A stretch of 64,000 nucleotides of DNA from Zygnema circumcarinatum SAG 698-1b (Eukaryota > Plantae > Zygnematophyceae): positions 1,890,518 to 1,954,517 of the forward strand of contig CM074822.1 of the NCBI GenBank assembly GCA_037447605.1, in the 5' to 3' direction. The notes beneath the pieces are model-generated. The model saw nothing but the letters and a program-made list of their open reading frames with translations, was not told where the DNA came from and searched no databases. Each line of letters opens with the position of its first letter. The first letter of the stretch is position 1. Of this stretch, positions 1-12,945 are shown piece by piece. A program made the translations under genes and the position numbers.

Positions 1-3000
1 AGGTTGTTCGGGCTTCCTTTGCTGCCAGTCGACTCGACAATCCAATCGGAGAAAGAAGAGCCACTTGTGGGTTCTAGGAAGGAATTTTTTGCTATGTACA
101 GGTTTACAATGGTATGGCTGATATCCAGACAACCCTCTCGCAGAGTTGGCATGTCATCCCCTCCTTATTGATCCGGAAAAGCGGATAGAAACAGAAGGCT
201 TCTCTAAGGATGGAGCCTTACGTTCATTCAAGATTCTCAACTTGCTTTTTCCCCTCCTGGTTTGGCTCCTGAATTGGGGTCCCCAATTGAAGCATGCAGA
301 TGATGACTACGTGCATTGCAATTCTGGCAGTGGACTTTCACGCTTTTCCAAGACGCTATGCGAAGACTGAAACTTATGGAACAGGGCTTGTACGTTCTCC
401 ACTCTGTTTTTTGACTTCTTTACTTCGGGGCTCTTGGCGTTTTGCTTCCTTCGTTCCCACATTTCTTGCGTTCGGGTTTAGGCCACCCTTCCATTTAAAC
501 ATCTCTAACCTCCACAACGATGCAAACTTCAAACGTGGTCGAGGAAAGCGCAAACACGTTGAGGAGGGATGTTTTCCTTGAGAGTGGAAGTTGGTCATCT
601 TCGTTATGTGACTATGTTTGAGTCTGAGTTTAAGTTCCGTGCAAAATGAACAAAGAAATGAGCAGAGGGTACTCCCCTCTGTGTTCCCTCACTGCGAATG
701 CCCGTACAGGGCTTGACGCATAGGACCTTATGAGCGGGGCTTGCAGATGGACATTGGCGTGGGCAGCTTCGTATGCGCAAACGCTTTCGTTTCCAAACAC
801 GCTCGCCACACATCCAGTTCTAAGTACTTTGTGACTCTTCACTTTGTGCTTTTCCTCCCATAGATCGCCAGCATCCCACTGCATCCCCTTCTGAAGCAGC
901 TAACTCCAGAGATCAGAGATAAGAAAGAGAAAGAGAAGAGAAGAGAAGAGAAGAGAGATAAGATAAGAGAGAGATTTCTCTACCTATCGCCTGAGGGAGG
1001 CTGTCCATGGCTGCCAATGGGCGCAGGGGGGAGAAGAGCATCCTCCGCCGAGTGAGCCCCCTCCTGCTGTTGGGCTTCGCTCGTCTCGCGCTCGTCAAAG
1101 GAGCGGACTACCAGGTAGAGGCTGGGGTATTAGCAGGTGTTCTAGCGGATATTAATAGGGTATAATTAGCCTAAGATAAGCACTTAGATTTGGGTTTGAT
1201 GGAATATTATGGACCCCCGGAAGGCCATCCGGCGAACTACGGAGGCTTACTTGTCAGACGTTCGAAGGTAGGCCTACCCGTGATATGTTCACGTGTTGTT
1301 AGTCAGTTTCAGTGATGAATGTGTGTGTGTGTATGTGTGTGTGTGTGTCTTCTGGCAGCAACCAAATAGTCGTTATTCGTGAGTTCCCTTTCATCATCAC
1401 ATCTCCTTTGGGAGGTTTTGGCGCAGGAGCATGTGGGGGAATATGGCGTCCATTGGAACTTCTTCTTCACGCTGGCGACTGTTGCTCTGCTTGCCTCCGC
1501 CGCTCCCTTCTCCTCCCCAACCTGCGGCCTTCTCGGCCTCACCCTTCTCTCCGGTGCATTGCCATTGCCATCTCCCTCTCAAATGTGCAAATGACCTTCA
1601 GTTGGGTCCGTCCTAATTTGAATTCAGCTGCCTCACCCTCCTCCTCGGAGGGTCCCCAGGATATCAGGGTGCGCTATCATGGGGGGGATGGAGTGACTAC
1701 CTCATGGCCGATGAAAGGAGAGACGACCTCCTCTCTCTCAACAAGGAGGGCATCGCCAGTTCCGTCGGTGAGAGCCCTAAAAGTGCATTGAGGGGGCGAA
1801 GGGTGCATGGGGGCTCACTCTGCAAATCTCAAACGGTCGTGACTCGAGCATTGCCTGCAATGGGACTCGCCTCTCATGGTTTGCATATGGCTATGGATGC
1901 TCTCTGCTCACAGGCTTTCTGGCCCTATATCTTCTCAGCGTCGAACTTGGGAAATTTCTCTGGTGGGACCCTCCGGGTCAGTAGAGTCTATTTTCTAACT
2001 CCTTCCTCTCTTGCTCTTTCTCGCAACTAGAAGAAGAGCGTGTTTCCCAGTTCCATGCAACGCAGATCAGCGTACTAACGAATCCCTTTCTGTCACATTT
2101 TCACAAAGTTTTTGTTTGCGCAATGTTTCCCTGCTCTTAGGACAGAGCACGGCAGTTGGTGGATTTCCCGACAGTGGCAGCAAGCGGTCGGCGTGTGCCT
2201 GCTTGACGCGGGGCTGTGGTGAGAGCGCGGCAGAGAGTGAGGGAGTGAGTGAGTGAGGGAGTGAGGGAGTGAGTGAGTGAGTGAGTGAGTGAGTGAGGGA
2301 GTGAGTGAGTGAGTGAGTGAGTGAGGGAGTGAGGGAGTGAGGGAGTGAGTGAGTGAGTGAGTGAGTGAGTGAGTGAGTGAGTGAGTGAGTGAGGGAGTGA
2401 GGGAGTGAGGGAGTGAGGGAGTGAGGGAGTGAGTGAGTGAGTGAGTGAGTGAGTGAGTGAGGGAGTGAGTGAGGGAGTGAGTGAGTGAGGGAGTGAGGGA
2501 GTGAGGGAGTGAGTGAGTGAGTGAGTGAGTGAGTGAGTGAGTGAGTGAGTGAGGGAGTGAGTGAGTGAGTGAGTGAGTGAGTGAGTGAGTGAGTGAGTGA
2601 GTGAGGGAGTGAGTGAGTGAGTGAGTGAGGTGAGTGAGGGAGTGAGTGAGTGATTGAGTGAGTGAGTGAGTGAGGGAGTGAGTGAGTGAGTGAGTGAGTG
2701 AGTGAGTGAGGGAGTGAGTGAGGGAGTGAGTGAGTGAGGGAGTGAGGGAGTGAGGGAGTGAGTGAGTGATTGAGTGAGTGAGTGAGTGAGGGAGTGAGTG
2801 AGTGAGGGAGTGAGTGAGTGAGTGAGGGAGTGAGTGGCCCTCCCTCTCAAGCTGAGCGCGCTTCAGTGAGTCCCTCCGTTGGCAGGGTGGCGGCAGTCAT
2901 GGCGGACGCATTCATAGAACGCGTGTCGCGGCGAACGGTAAGTAGCTTCCTCCTGCTGCTGCTGCAGTTGCACTTGCGGTTCGCCCAGGAGTGTGTGTCA

Positions 3001-3780
3001 TGTGATGCATGCAATGGCTGCAGTCGGCTGCTGCCTCATAGTGAGAGGTTCTTTTGTTTCTCTCCCGACCGGGGGGCTGTGACTGTGAGCGCGCCTTACT
3101 GTTTGCCGTTGTGCACATTCTCGTTGCATCAGTTAACTACGAGTTAAACAGGTGTAATGGTTTTTTCTTTATTGGAGGATGTTTGTGTTATTTCTCTCCC
3201 TTCCTTTTGACACATGCTATTGGGGGGGCTTTCAACAGTGCAACATGGCGTATGTCATGTGGATGCTGGCACAGAACGTGCAGGTGAGTCACCCTTCCTT
3301 CTGAAGCATTCTGAACGCAAGTCAGGGGACCGTTCTTCTTCTCACGATGTAGGAAACACCATGATCGCGTGTGGGCAGTTCCTTCTTCTTCCTCCGCAAA
3401 GCGGCCCTCACCGCTCGCCTCTCGTGCGTGGCAGGTGGTAGCCGCATTTCTCCTGGCCGGCCTCACGCTTCCACGTGGCAGAATCCCTCTCGTGGCTGCC
3501 TTTGAGCGGAATCCTCTCTTCCTTTTCTTAGCGGTAAAACCTCCTTCCCCCTCCTCCTCACCTCTGTCCTTTCCCCCATGTGTTGCTGCGTGCGGCTGAA
3601 TTACCCAAGCCCCCCCCCCGCCCCCTGTGCTTGCAGGCGAACCTCCTGACGGGCGGGGCCAACCTCGCCCTGGACACCATGGCCGCGTCACGTCACGGCG
3701 CGGCGGCCCTCCTCACCGCGTACATGGCCGCTCTGTGCGCGCTGGCGGCCGCCATGCCGCGCCCCCTCAAGTTCTGGTGA
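1..3780 (+). CDS. PIGW: GPI-anchor inositol acyltransferase PIG-W/GWT1, multi-exon, 5' part outside window
   Basis: Spliced exons give FAMYRFTM|[30 protein letters not shown]|[32 protein letters not shown]|[37 protein letters not shown]|[20 protein letters not shown]...KFW* (stop 3778-3780). Most junctions are GT-AG; the acceptor near 990-1000 is unresolved. Confidence 0.93.
2234..2836. repeat. Compound (GAGT)n/(GAGG)n tetranucleotide microsatellite in a PIGW intron
   Basis: About 600 bp of GAGT/GAGG units; explains the spurious (SLTH)n ORF. Confidence 0.97.
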
Positions 3781-4235
3781 CGTCACGTGACGTGACGCCA
3801 AGGAGGTCTGTGCGTGCGGGAGCAGCGTCGACGTAGTTCCAACACATGGCGCTTGGACCTCGCGCAACCCTCGCTCGCTGCAGGAGTGTGGCCGAACACT
3901 TCATTGTCTGGGCGTTGCGTGCATGGAAATGTTGATGTGCAACTTGTCGGTATTGAAATGCGAGTGGTCTGCTTCAGCGTTGCGTCTGTAGCCATCCGCC
4001 GTTCCTCCCTTGATGTGTTCCGCGCCTGAAGAGCGCACAGAGCGAAGGCGAATGGCCCGGTTTGTGAATCAAAGATCACGACACTTGCCGCTGCTCCGCT
4101 CGGCGCCCGCACTCCAATTAACAATACAGCACTGGTACGGCAGAGTACCGCGCACTCCAAATAGCACAGCACTATATCTCACCCTGAGAACTGACAACAT
4201 TGTCCTGCCGTGCGAGACTGCCGCGCCGGGTGCTG

Positions 4236-4429
4236 CACAGGTCGACCATTGGATCAACCTTTCGGCGGGTACCTAACCTACCATTACCATAATATTCCAT
4301 TACCATCATTGACTGGCCAACCATTGTTTATCCACCATCGAATGAATCCAATGGTTGCAATTGCTGGCAATGATTCGCCAACCATTCCAATGGTTGGTCC
4401 AATGCTTGATCCAAACGGTCTGACCTGTG
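4236..4429. mobile_element. Possible MITE (~190 bp)
   Basis: Imperfect TIRs CACAGGTCGACCATTGGATCAA / TTGATCCAAACGGTCTGACCTGTG; CCATT/AATGG-rich interior; no TSD seen. Confidence 0.4.
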
Positions 4430-5395
4430 ACAACACCTGCAGGTACTACTCCATAGGGGACTCTGCACCTCCTTGCAGCGTAGTTGCCAGTTCCGTGTCA
4501 CGTGGCAGCATTAAATTCGCCACGACTACATCGAGTTCGTTCTGGCGTCGAACTGACCTGCAAACTGCGCAGCGTGTCTTGCCACTCGTTCCACGTCACA
4601 TGAAGTTCCGTACGGACGGTGGCCGCCGTTGCGACGTGGTGCAGGTATCGCCTCGCCGTCCGTATGTGACCGTACAGACCCCGTCAGTGCGGTCTCTTGT
4701 CCGTATTCGCGCCCGTCAGATCTTGGACCCGCCGCCGAATCATGTTCCCGATCGGCTCTCGCGGAAGGTGCCGCGCAAAAACGACAAAACGTATAAACGA
4801 CCGTGGCCATGGCGCGTGCTCGCGGCGCGTCCACGTGGCACGGCTTGAGGGCGCTTTTCGGCGAGCAGGGCCGGCGGCTGACGCGGCCGCTCGGCCCTGC
4901 GCACCACGTCGCTGGATCTGATCTGATCCGATCCGATCAGCACCGCCCACGCGCACCGAATCGCGATCGGACGCGATGCGGCCGCGGCACGTGCCCGCGC
5001 GCCTCTGGCCACATCGCCAAGGACAAATCTCGTACGAGAAGCATTAAACGCGCGGGCGAGAATTCACGCGCGACGACTTCGCCAGGCGGGAGTCAACGCC
5101 AAGCGGGGACGGACCGCGCGCCGCGTCGTCTGCCGCGCGGTTGGCGGCCTCCCGCAAATAGCGGCCCGCCAACTGCGCGGGAGGCACGGGCGGGCGATCA
5201 GCGGGCGACCGTAGGGCCGTACGGCGGGGCGTCGTTACGCGGCCGTCGGCACGGGCGGCAGTTATGACTCGCGCGCGGATCGCTGTCGGCGGCGCTTGTC
5301 GTGTAGGGGCCTGTCGCAATCCGCGCGGCGGCGGGATCGGATCTTGAATATTCGCCCACCGGAAATTGCGCAGTCCCTTTGAGAAGCGCCTGTGG

Positions 5396-5768
5396 GGGCG
5401 GGCAGCGGGCAGTGGGCAGCGGGCAGCGGGGCAGCGGGCAGCGGGCAGCGGGCAGCGGGCAGCGGGCAGCGGGCAGCGGGCAGCGGGCAGCGGGCAGTAG
5501 GGCAGTAGGGCAGCGGGCAGGGGACAGCGGGCAGCGGGCAGCGGGCAGTCGATCGGGCAGCTGGCAGTGGGCAGCGGGCAGTCGAGCAGGCAGCGGGCAG
5601 CGGGTAGCGGGCAGTGGGCAGAGTGCAGCAGTGAGCAGCGGGCAGTCGAGCGGGCAGCGGGCAGTAAGCAGCGGGCAGTCGAGCGGGCAGCGGGCAGCGG
5701 GCAATCGATCGGGCAGCTGGCAGTAAGCAGCGGGCAGTCGAGCGGGCAGCGGGCAGTCGAGCGGGCAA
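5396..5768. repeat. (GGGCAGC)n heptamer array with variants
   Basis: Direct reading; source of the spurious (AARCPLP)n ORFs. Confidence 0.95.
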
Positions 5769-6048
5769 CGGAGCCGGCGGGTTGCCGCCGCCGATGCCCT
5801 TTTTCCCGCGCCCAGCCCGCGCTGCCCGTTCTCTTGCCCGTGCCCCAAAACGTTTCCCGGGCAGGCTGCCCGCGGCCGCATTGAGTGCCCGGTCCCGGGC
5901 GCGGTGCCGCCCGCCAGCTGGCGCCGTCGCGTCCACATGGCGGCGCGGCGCGCACAAGGCAGGCAGCGCCCCGCGGCCGCCACCGGACGCCCTCCTCCCT
6001 CCCTCCCTCCCTCCCTCCCTCCCTCCCTCCNNNNNNNNNNCCCCCGCC

Positions 6049-7137
6049 ATGGCGGCCGCGCCCTCCGCGCCGCACCTCGCGCGCTTCTTCCTCGGCAGGC
6101 CGCCCTTCTCCTCGGAGGACGCGCCGCGCGGGCCAGGGTTTGGGGCCGAGCGGCGGAGCTCTCCTCCGCCTCCGCCGGCGCTGCCCCTCTCGCGCATGCC
6201 CTCGCACGTGAGCAGCATCACCACTGACAGCAGCGCGGCCATCGCCGCCGGGGAGGGCGGCTGCAAGGCGGCGTCTCTCTGTTCGACGGAATTTAGCGAC
6301 CAGAGCAGCTCCTCGCGCCCCTCCTTACCCTTCTCAGAGATGGAGGAGCAGTTCGGCCGCGGCCATGGCCATGACCGGCACGACAGGCTGCGGCGAGAGG
6401 TTCAGAACGCGGCGGCCATGGCTGCAGAGAAGGGCGGGGCCTGGGCGCAGACTGAGCTGCATCTACGAGGTTCACAAGCTGCCGCGTGGCACGCTGCTCG
6501 CTTTGCAGCGCAGCCAGGCGAATGCGCATCCGGAGGCTCGCCTTGCTCAACCACGTCATCGCTGACCGAGGGATCCGAGCGGAGCAGCCATGGCGGCGTG
6601 AGGACGGAGGGTCTGCTCGGGGACAGGTCAAAGCAGGTAGCGGAGACAGGGAGCACCGCTGCAGGGGCCATGGCGGCTGCTGTGGCTTCGAGGAAGGCGC
6701 AGCGCGTGGGGGCGTACGGCCTCTCTTTGGAGAACATGGCGGGACTCCCCCCCGCTTGCTGCACGCGCATGTGCACGTTCTTCTCCATGCCCTGCTCCAA
6801 GCGCCGCCGCAGGATGCCGCCCGGGGACGCGCCCCCTCCGCTCTCGCCGCCGCGCGACCGCCATGGCGACCACGGGGCGGCGGAGCGGGGGCAGTCGCCC
6901 GAAGAGGAGCGATGGGTCCTCGGCGGGAAGGAGGCGGAGGGAGGAGGGAGCCTGCTTCCGCTTGCAGCAGCAAGCCATGGCTCCCGCAGCAGCCATGGCG
7001 GCCACGGGGCGCTGGAAAGCCGGCCGGTCCCTCTGAAGAGGGTCGCAGATGCCGCGGACGGGTGGCGGCGCTGCCCGAGGGAGGACGCGGCGGCTGCAGC
7101 AGAAGGAGGAGACCTCGACCTCGACCTTAGGCTATGA
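6049..7137 (+). CDS. Intronless hypothetical protein (~362 aa) with KRRRR NLS and C-terminal EAR motif DLDLDLRL*
   Basis: gccATGG start at 6049, open to TGA 7135-7137; the terminal LxLxL EAR motif is typical of plant TPL-recruiting repressors. Confidence 0.6.
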   Translation: MAAAPSAPHLARFFLGRPPFSSEDAPRGPGFGAERRSSPPPPPALPLSRMPSHVSSITTDSSAAIAAGEGGCKAASLCSTEFSDQSSSSRPSLPFSEMEEQFGRGHGHDRHDRLRREVQNAAAMAAEKGGAWAQTELHLRGSQAAAWHAARFAAQPGECASGGSPCSTTSSLTEGSERSSHGGVRTEGLLGDRSKQVAETGSTAAGAMAAAVASRKAQRVGAYGLSLENMAGLPPACCTRMCTFFSMPCSKRRRRMPPGDAPPPLSPPRDRHGDHGAAERGQSPEEERWVLGGKEAEGGGSLLPLAAASHGSRSSHGGHGALESRPVPLKRVADAADGWRRCPREDAAAAAEGGDLDLDLRL

Positions 7138-7849
7138 CGGATGACGGATGGACGGACGCGCCACAAGAACATTTGTCACCATTCCATTAATTTTTTACAT
7201 AGTAGTTCGAAGTTAGATTGATGTCGAATACAGCCCAGTTTGCTGCACCTGATGTCCACCATGCCGTCTCTTATTTTTGCATTCGAATAACTCGACCTCC
7301 GTAGGAGCTACTCATAACCCTACGAATAAGCGAACCTTGCACAGGGCAGGGGAGAGAAGTGTTCAGATCGACCGTCGTTAGAAGCCCTGACTTTGGATTT
7401 CGTTACTGAAATTTTGATAGTGCAGTGTCTTATCTACAATACTACTCTTATGTTATTTGCAACCTTTTTCTTTTATCAAAATGTGATGCTTTACTGCATG
7501 CCTCAGGCAGAGAGCTGGCAGAGGGCTCCGGATTATAAGCAGGAAAATAATTGACGCGTCTTCTCGTTCACACTTTTGAGCCTGAGCGGTACCTCTGTCA
7601 TTCACTGCACCGCTGCAAACTGCGAAGAGCAAGCAACGCTGAGTGCACGCCAGACCACGCAACAATTGGAAGGCTTGGATTGCCAGCGAAACTTGAAAGC
7701 ACACACATTACATCCTAACGCCATCCGGTCCCCTTTCCTGTACAAATGAGGCTGAACAAAGGCTATGCGCCAATTCGCAAGCCCGCCCGCCCTCCCTGCT
7801 CTGCACTGCCCCCTACCTCCCTCCCTCCCTCCCTCCCTCCCTCCCTCCC

Positions 7850-10800
7850 TCAGCGCAGCCGTCGCCGCTTTTCCTTCAAGTCCGCGAAGAAGCCGCGTAC
7901 TGCCTCTCCGGTGACGGTCTCGCCCCTCTGCCCGCACTGCGCCTGCCACACTCCTCCAACCCCCGCGGACGGACAGTTCAGGGACTCGGACTGACTGCTT
8001 ACAAACTACCATGAGAAAAGAGGAAGGAGGCGGCGGTCTCCCTGAAGGCCAACTCTCCTCTCGTCCGGCAGGGTTGGACATTCTTCTGGCAGATAGTTCA
8101 TGCAGTTCGGTGTGGAATTTGAAAGACATGCCAAAACGAGACTACTTCAACATCTGGTGGAGACGTCGCACAGAATGAAAGAGAGAGAATGATAAGCGCT
8201 TACCAGAAAATCCTTCAGCTTTGACGTCATATCATTAAATCCATGCATGATTTCAATTTTCTGGACATGGCTTATTTCTGGACTCTTCATGAAAGCAGAG
8301 GTGGCACGCTCCATGAAAGATGGTTGGCCCTGCCGTCTCTGCTTCACGCCTTCCTCATATGCTCGGATGGTGTCCTCCACGTTCAGCAGAAACAAAACTT
8401 TGCCATGTTCGTACAGTCTGTATGCGCACACGCCCCGGACCGTTCATGAGAACTTTGGACGGCTCCAAAGCCCACAGCAGCACCAGACAACGCGTCTCCA
8501 GGCATAGAAAGTCGCAATTTTTTTCATCATACATAGAACGAACGGTCTGAATGCATTCCGTTTGAATAGTTAAGTAGCACTGAACAGTCAGAACGGTCCA
8601 AACGCTGACACATTCAATAGAAATATCGAGGTGGACCATTTCTGCATCCATATCAGATCACACCAAAATTGCACACACCCATGTTTTTTTACCACCCCTT
8701 GCAGACCCACCGAGGCATGAATGCGTACTCACTTGGAACATTCCGGGCAGGTGCAAAGATTGGAACGCCAATTCTTTGGCAGAAATAGGGGTCCAGTTAA
8801 CGAGGGCAGCGCTGACCCTTCCCGGGAGGACACCCGGCAACATCCTCTCTCGTCGCTTCCATGTCGAGTTTCAATTCCTCCACCATTTGAATTCATCTCA
8901 ACCCCATGGTTTATAATCGCCACAGATGAGCCTGTCGGCCCTGTAGGGACAGAATCTGAATAGGATCCAATGGATGGTCCTTCACCAACGATTGTATCGC
9001 CTGATGGCGCTTCACAACTTTCCGCACTTGTCTCCCTCTTTCCAGCAACGTGAGAAGAAGGTGACACATCCGTATGTGCCGTCACTTGCCCTCCTTCTGA
9101 CTCACCTTCTGATGCTGACTGCAGCTGCACCGTTTCCTGCTTCCTAGCGGCACTCTCAATGTTGCAGTCAAAAGTTGCTTCCGTCGCCTCTTTAGAAATC
9201 ACCACATCTGCTCCTGCTTCGCCGTCTCCAACGATGCTTGGGCTAATCAGCAAATCAGGGTAGAAGGCCAAGAAACTACAGCGCTTTGTCGCACACTCTT
9301 TACAAATCAACTCCTCAAACAGCATTTCACCTTCATCGTCAGCGGGTGCCTGCAGTAAAACGCAATTTCAGATCATACACTTGAATTTGAATCGGTCTCT
9401 ACTTAACAGTTTGCAACAAAAACAACTGATACGACTTGGATGTCGTGACTCTGACGGGCTTCACCACAATGAACCGTTTAGGCAACAAACAATTCAGGGG
9501 CGAATGAGCTTCTTCGTTAAGTCAAGTTAAGGCGAGCAACAAAGTATGCTAAGCTTTGTGCGCAACAATTAAACCCCCCATTCTTGTGGGAATGAGAGGG
9601 GTTGGCCACAACTGGATGGTGATCAAACCGAAAGTCCACGACTGCCTTCAGTTGCATGTGAACCTGTGACTCCTCTTGTTTCCTTAAGGCATCAAAATAA
9701 AGGTGTTCCTTCAAAGGTTCTAACTCTGTGACCTGATAATATGTACGGAAACACTCATTCACGCTTGAATATGGCTATTGACACAAATCTACAACTGCCA
9801 ACACAGGCCACCCCTTCAGTCTGAAGACCAAATTTTGGAGCAGCGAGAATTCAAACAGAAAAGGAGTTTCTCAAAATAGGTTTCAAAGTTAGAGATAAGT
9901 GAGCCTTACACTCAGATTGGAGCTGAGCCCAAGATGGTCATAATGGAACCAATCTTCACAAACACAGCATTGGATCATGTCCTCTGAAAGCTCCGCATCA
10001 GCCCTCTCCTGATCTGGATACGGGCGGCCGCACGTGCAGTATTCACCCTTGAAGTTCTGATTATAGACATTATCAGCATTGACAGCATCTTTTGAAGGTT
10101 GCAACCGACACATGAATGCCCCAAATTTGGAATTTCCACAATCACATCGAAAATTGCGTCTAGTCCAGAGCTCCACAACCTGCATTAGAGATCAAGCATC
10201 GTCAACAGGGTCTTAACTGAAAGAATTTATTAGGTCACGCACAGATGCATGGTTTCGTGCTGACAATGAAGGAACAAGAACTTTTTTCGTGGATGCTGTA
10301 TGATGAATGTTTCCGTAAGGTGAGAAAACGTTCCCGGGATTTTTTTTTGTCTAACGCCTTGTCTACGGTTAACAGCATCAAAATTAGCCATTGCAAAAAA
10401 GGGACAAGAAAACCATTTTCCAAACCATCACTGAATCATCCTTCCCAGTTTCAGAAAATCCATACTCCCACCTGCATTGAAGGTTCCTCCTTAATCTCAT
10501 TGACTTGCTCAGTTTCACGACAATGACACACAAGTCAGCCATTGCAAATACTCTTCGCCTCCGTAGCAGAACACAGGAAAAGCACTGTTGACAAACTTTA
10601 TTTCATAACTCCAGCGAACAGCTCTGCCATGCAGACCCACATTGTGGTCGTCATGACACGCGAGAGCACACGCCGTGCAGAAGCCCGCCGCGCCCTCGGG
10701 AGTGCAGGTCAGGCACGAGAAGACAGCCTGGCGAGCCACGTAGCCCTGCTCGTACGTGCAGCGGTCGCCATCGTCCCCGCCCAACACCATGTCTGCTTCC

Positions 10801-11632
10801 TGCACGAGGCGGAGGGGGGCGAAGGGGGAAGTGAGGGAGGTGGGAGGGGGTGAGGGAGATAGAGAGGCGGAATGGGTCGGAGATTGAATGGGGAAGGGAG
10901 GAGAGGGGCGACAGAGAGTGGGCGAAGGGGGGCAGGACGAGGAGGGCGCGAGGGAAGCAAGAGAGAAAAGAGGGAGCAAGACGAAAGTGGGAGAGAAAGA
11001 AAGAAGAGGAAGGGCGAGGTAAAGTAGAGCAAAGAGAAAGACGTAAAGAAACAACGAAGGGCTATTCTGCATTGTTGCTTGCAAAGCAAGCGAAGCTTGG
11101 AATTCAGAACTGACAAACAGGTTGAATACGACCTTAGCTGAATTTCGGATGAAAATCATCCAGTTACAAATTGATGAGTTATTCATGCAATTTGCAGAAA
11201 ACCTGTTGCGGAATGCCAATGAAAGGGCTATTCAACTTCTGTGCCAGAATCTGGTAATTGGACTATGTCTCTTTCGCTTTAGAAGCGAAAGTAAAAAAGC
11301 TGATGGTTTGGAATATAAGTGGTCGAGGAAAGTAAGCTTATTCTACTCTAACCGCACATAAACGAAAAGATAATGCAAGGAGCACACGACAGGGCTCCAG
11401 GAGAAGAAAACTGAGAAGAAAGGAAACCACATGGAAACCGAGCGAGTGGGAGAAGTGAAAGGAGAGCGGGAAGGAAGACGAGGAGAAAGAGCAGAGGCGA
11501 AGGAACAAAAAAGATAGCCGCACTCCTGCCGGCCGGCCCCTCGCACCCCTGACTGACCTGCTCGATGTCCTCCAGCTTCTGCAGGTACTCGCCCGCAGTG
11601 ACCACCTCGTCGGCAGCAAGAACCCCGTCCAT
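7850..11632 (-). CDS. UBR7: UBR-box/PHD E3 ligase UBR7
   Basis: MDGVLAADEVVTAGEYLQKLEDIEQ|EADMVLGGDDGDRCTYEQGYVARQAVFSCLTC...CHDDH, ELWTRRNFRCDCGNSKF, MIQCCVCEDWFH, WRSNLCTCPEC; last exon ...GFFADLKEKRRRLR* (stop 7850-7852). Confidence 0.92.
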
Positions 11633-11866
11633 GGCGCCTGCCTCCCTCCCTCCCTCCCTCACGGCCCTTCAAACGCTCTGCATCCTCTCCTTTACCTGCC
11701 CGTAGAAACCCGGGCAGGTCGCACCTCTCTCCTGAGAGGCCCTCGGCCCTGCCCTAGTGGAAACATTTCCGACGGGCAGGGCCGTACCGTACGGAGAGCG
11801 CGCGCCTTTGGTTCGCGTTCGCGCCAAAACTCAAAAAGTTGGCCACGCGCAAAATGGCTCAGGACG

Positions 11867-11938
11867 AGGTCCTACCGGGATTCGAACCCAGGTCGCTGGA
11901 TTCAAAGTCCAGAGTGCTAACCACTACACCATAGAACC
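11867..11938 (-). tRNA. trnQ-UUG: Cytosolic tRNA-Gln (anticodon TTG)
   Basis: GGTTCTATGGTGTAGTGGTTAGCACTCTGGACTTTGAATCCAGCGACCTGGGTTCGAATCCCGGTAGGACCT: full cloverleaf with A and B boxes, downstream T-runs. Confidence 0.98.
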
Positions 11939-12057
11939 ACATGAAAACTTGAGTGTTACTTACATCTTTATCAAAAATTCCGTGCTAGCTCTGAAACAAT
12001 TAAAAAAGGGAAGAAAGAGGACTTCTTTTGTATGTAGAAAAGAAGGAGAAAGAAATG

Positions 12058-12148
12058 TGTTTCGGTCCTTTGTGACCAGTCCTTCGTGGTTCCACATTTT
12101 GCCTTTGTCCATGTACATTTGATGGCCTCGCCATCGCGAGTTCAATGA
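12058..12148 (-). repeat. Short copy of dispersed repeat family A
   Basis: Reverse complement closely matches 41475-41565 (CATTGAACTC..GGCCATCAAATGTACATGGACAAA..GTGGAACCACGA). Confidence 0.8.
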
Positions 12149-12945
12149 AAGTTTTCCCTTAGAAAGAAATTAATTGAAATTTTGTAAAAGCCGAATTAAA
12201 AAATTATCAAAATCTTCTTCGCCAGGGAGAAAAACAGGAACATTTTTTTTTTTGCTAAATACGCTAATTATCTTTTTGTTCCTTTTGCCTAAGGAGAAAA
12301 GGCTTTTTTGCTACTGACTTTTTTTTTAAACTTAAAGGATTATTTTACATTGTCACTACTAACAACGGGAGGCTGCTAGTGTCCCTCGTCGCGGAGCTCT
12401 TCGCAGTTTTACTTTGTGATTGGCCGAAGCTAAATTTATCGGTCGGTCGGTCGGTCTGTCGGTCGGTCAGTCGGGCGGGGGCACATCCTGTCGGCCCATG
12501 GCAATAGCGCTCTTGAACGAGACCGAGAGCGCACAGGCATGGAGGCATGCAGGCATGCAGACATGCATGACCCGAGCGAGCTAGTACGGCCATGGCGGGC
12601 GGCAAGGCGAGAGAGTGATGAGCGGTGGGAGCATAACGAGATTCCATTCACGGCGCTCTGCGACGCACACGGGCTGAGCTCGCAGTCACAGGAATGAATG
12701 AATGCCGCTGATTATTACTGACCTGCATGGAAATAGAAGCCTCTACTCTCCGTACTTCGCCCACGACCCGCACTAGAGGGACCTAAAAAATGCCAAGCCA
12801 CTGCACTGTACTCAACAAAGCCAAAAATCAAAACGCCCGTTCTGAGCTGCCCGAAAAAGAACTCTTCTCCTCTTAGTCAACAGTACAACGAGCGAGAAGA
12901 AGAATCCGCCGTCGCGCTCGCTCGGGGCAGACGGTCTGCCGCTGC

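Noticed and set aside
2137-2850. 237-aa (SLTH)n ORF
   Set aside because: Translation of an intronic GAGT microsatellite.
5044-6266. Long overlapping minus-strand ORFs (387, 261, 334 aa)
   Set aside because: Open only because of the GC-rich heptamer repeat; no domain content.
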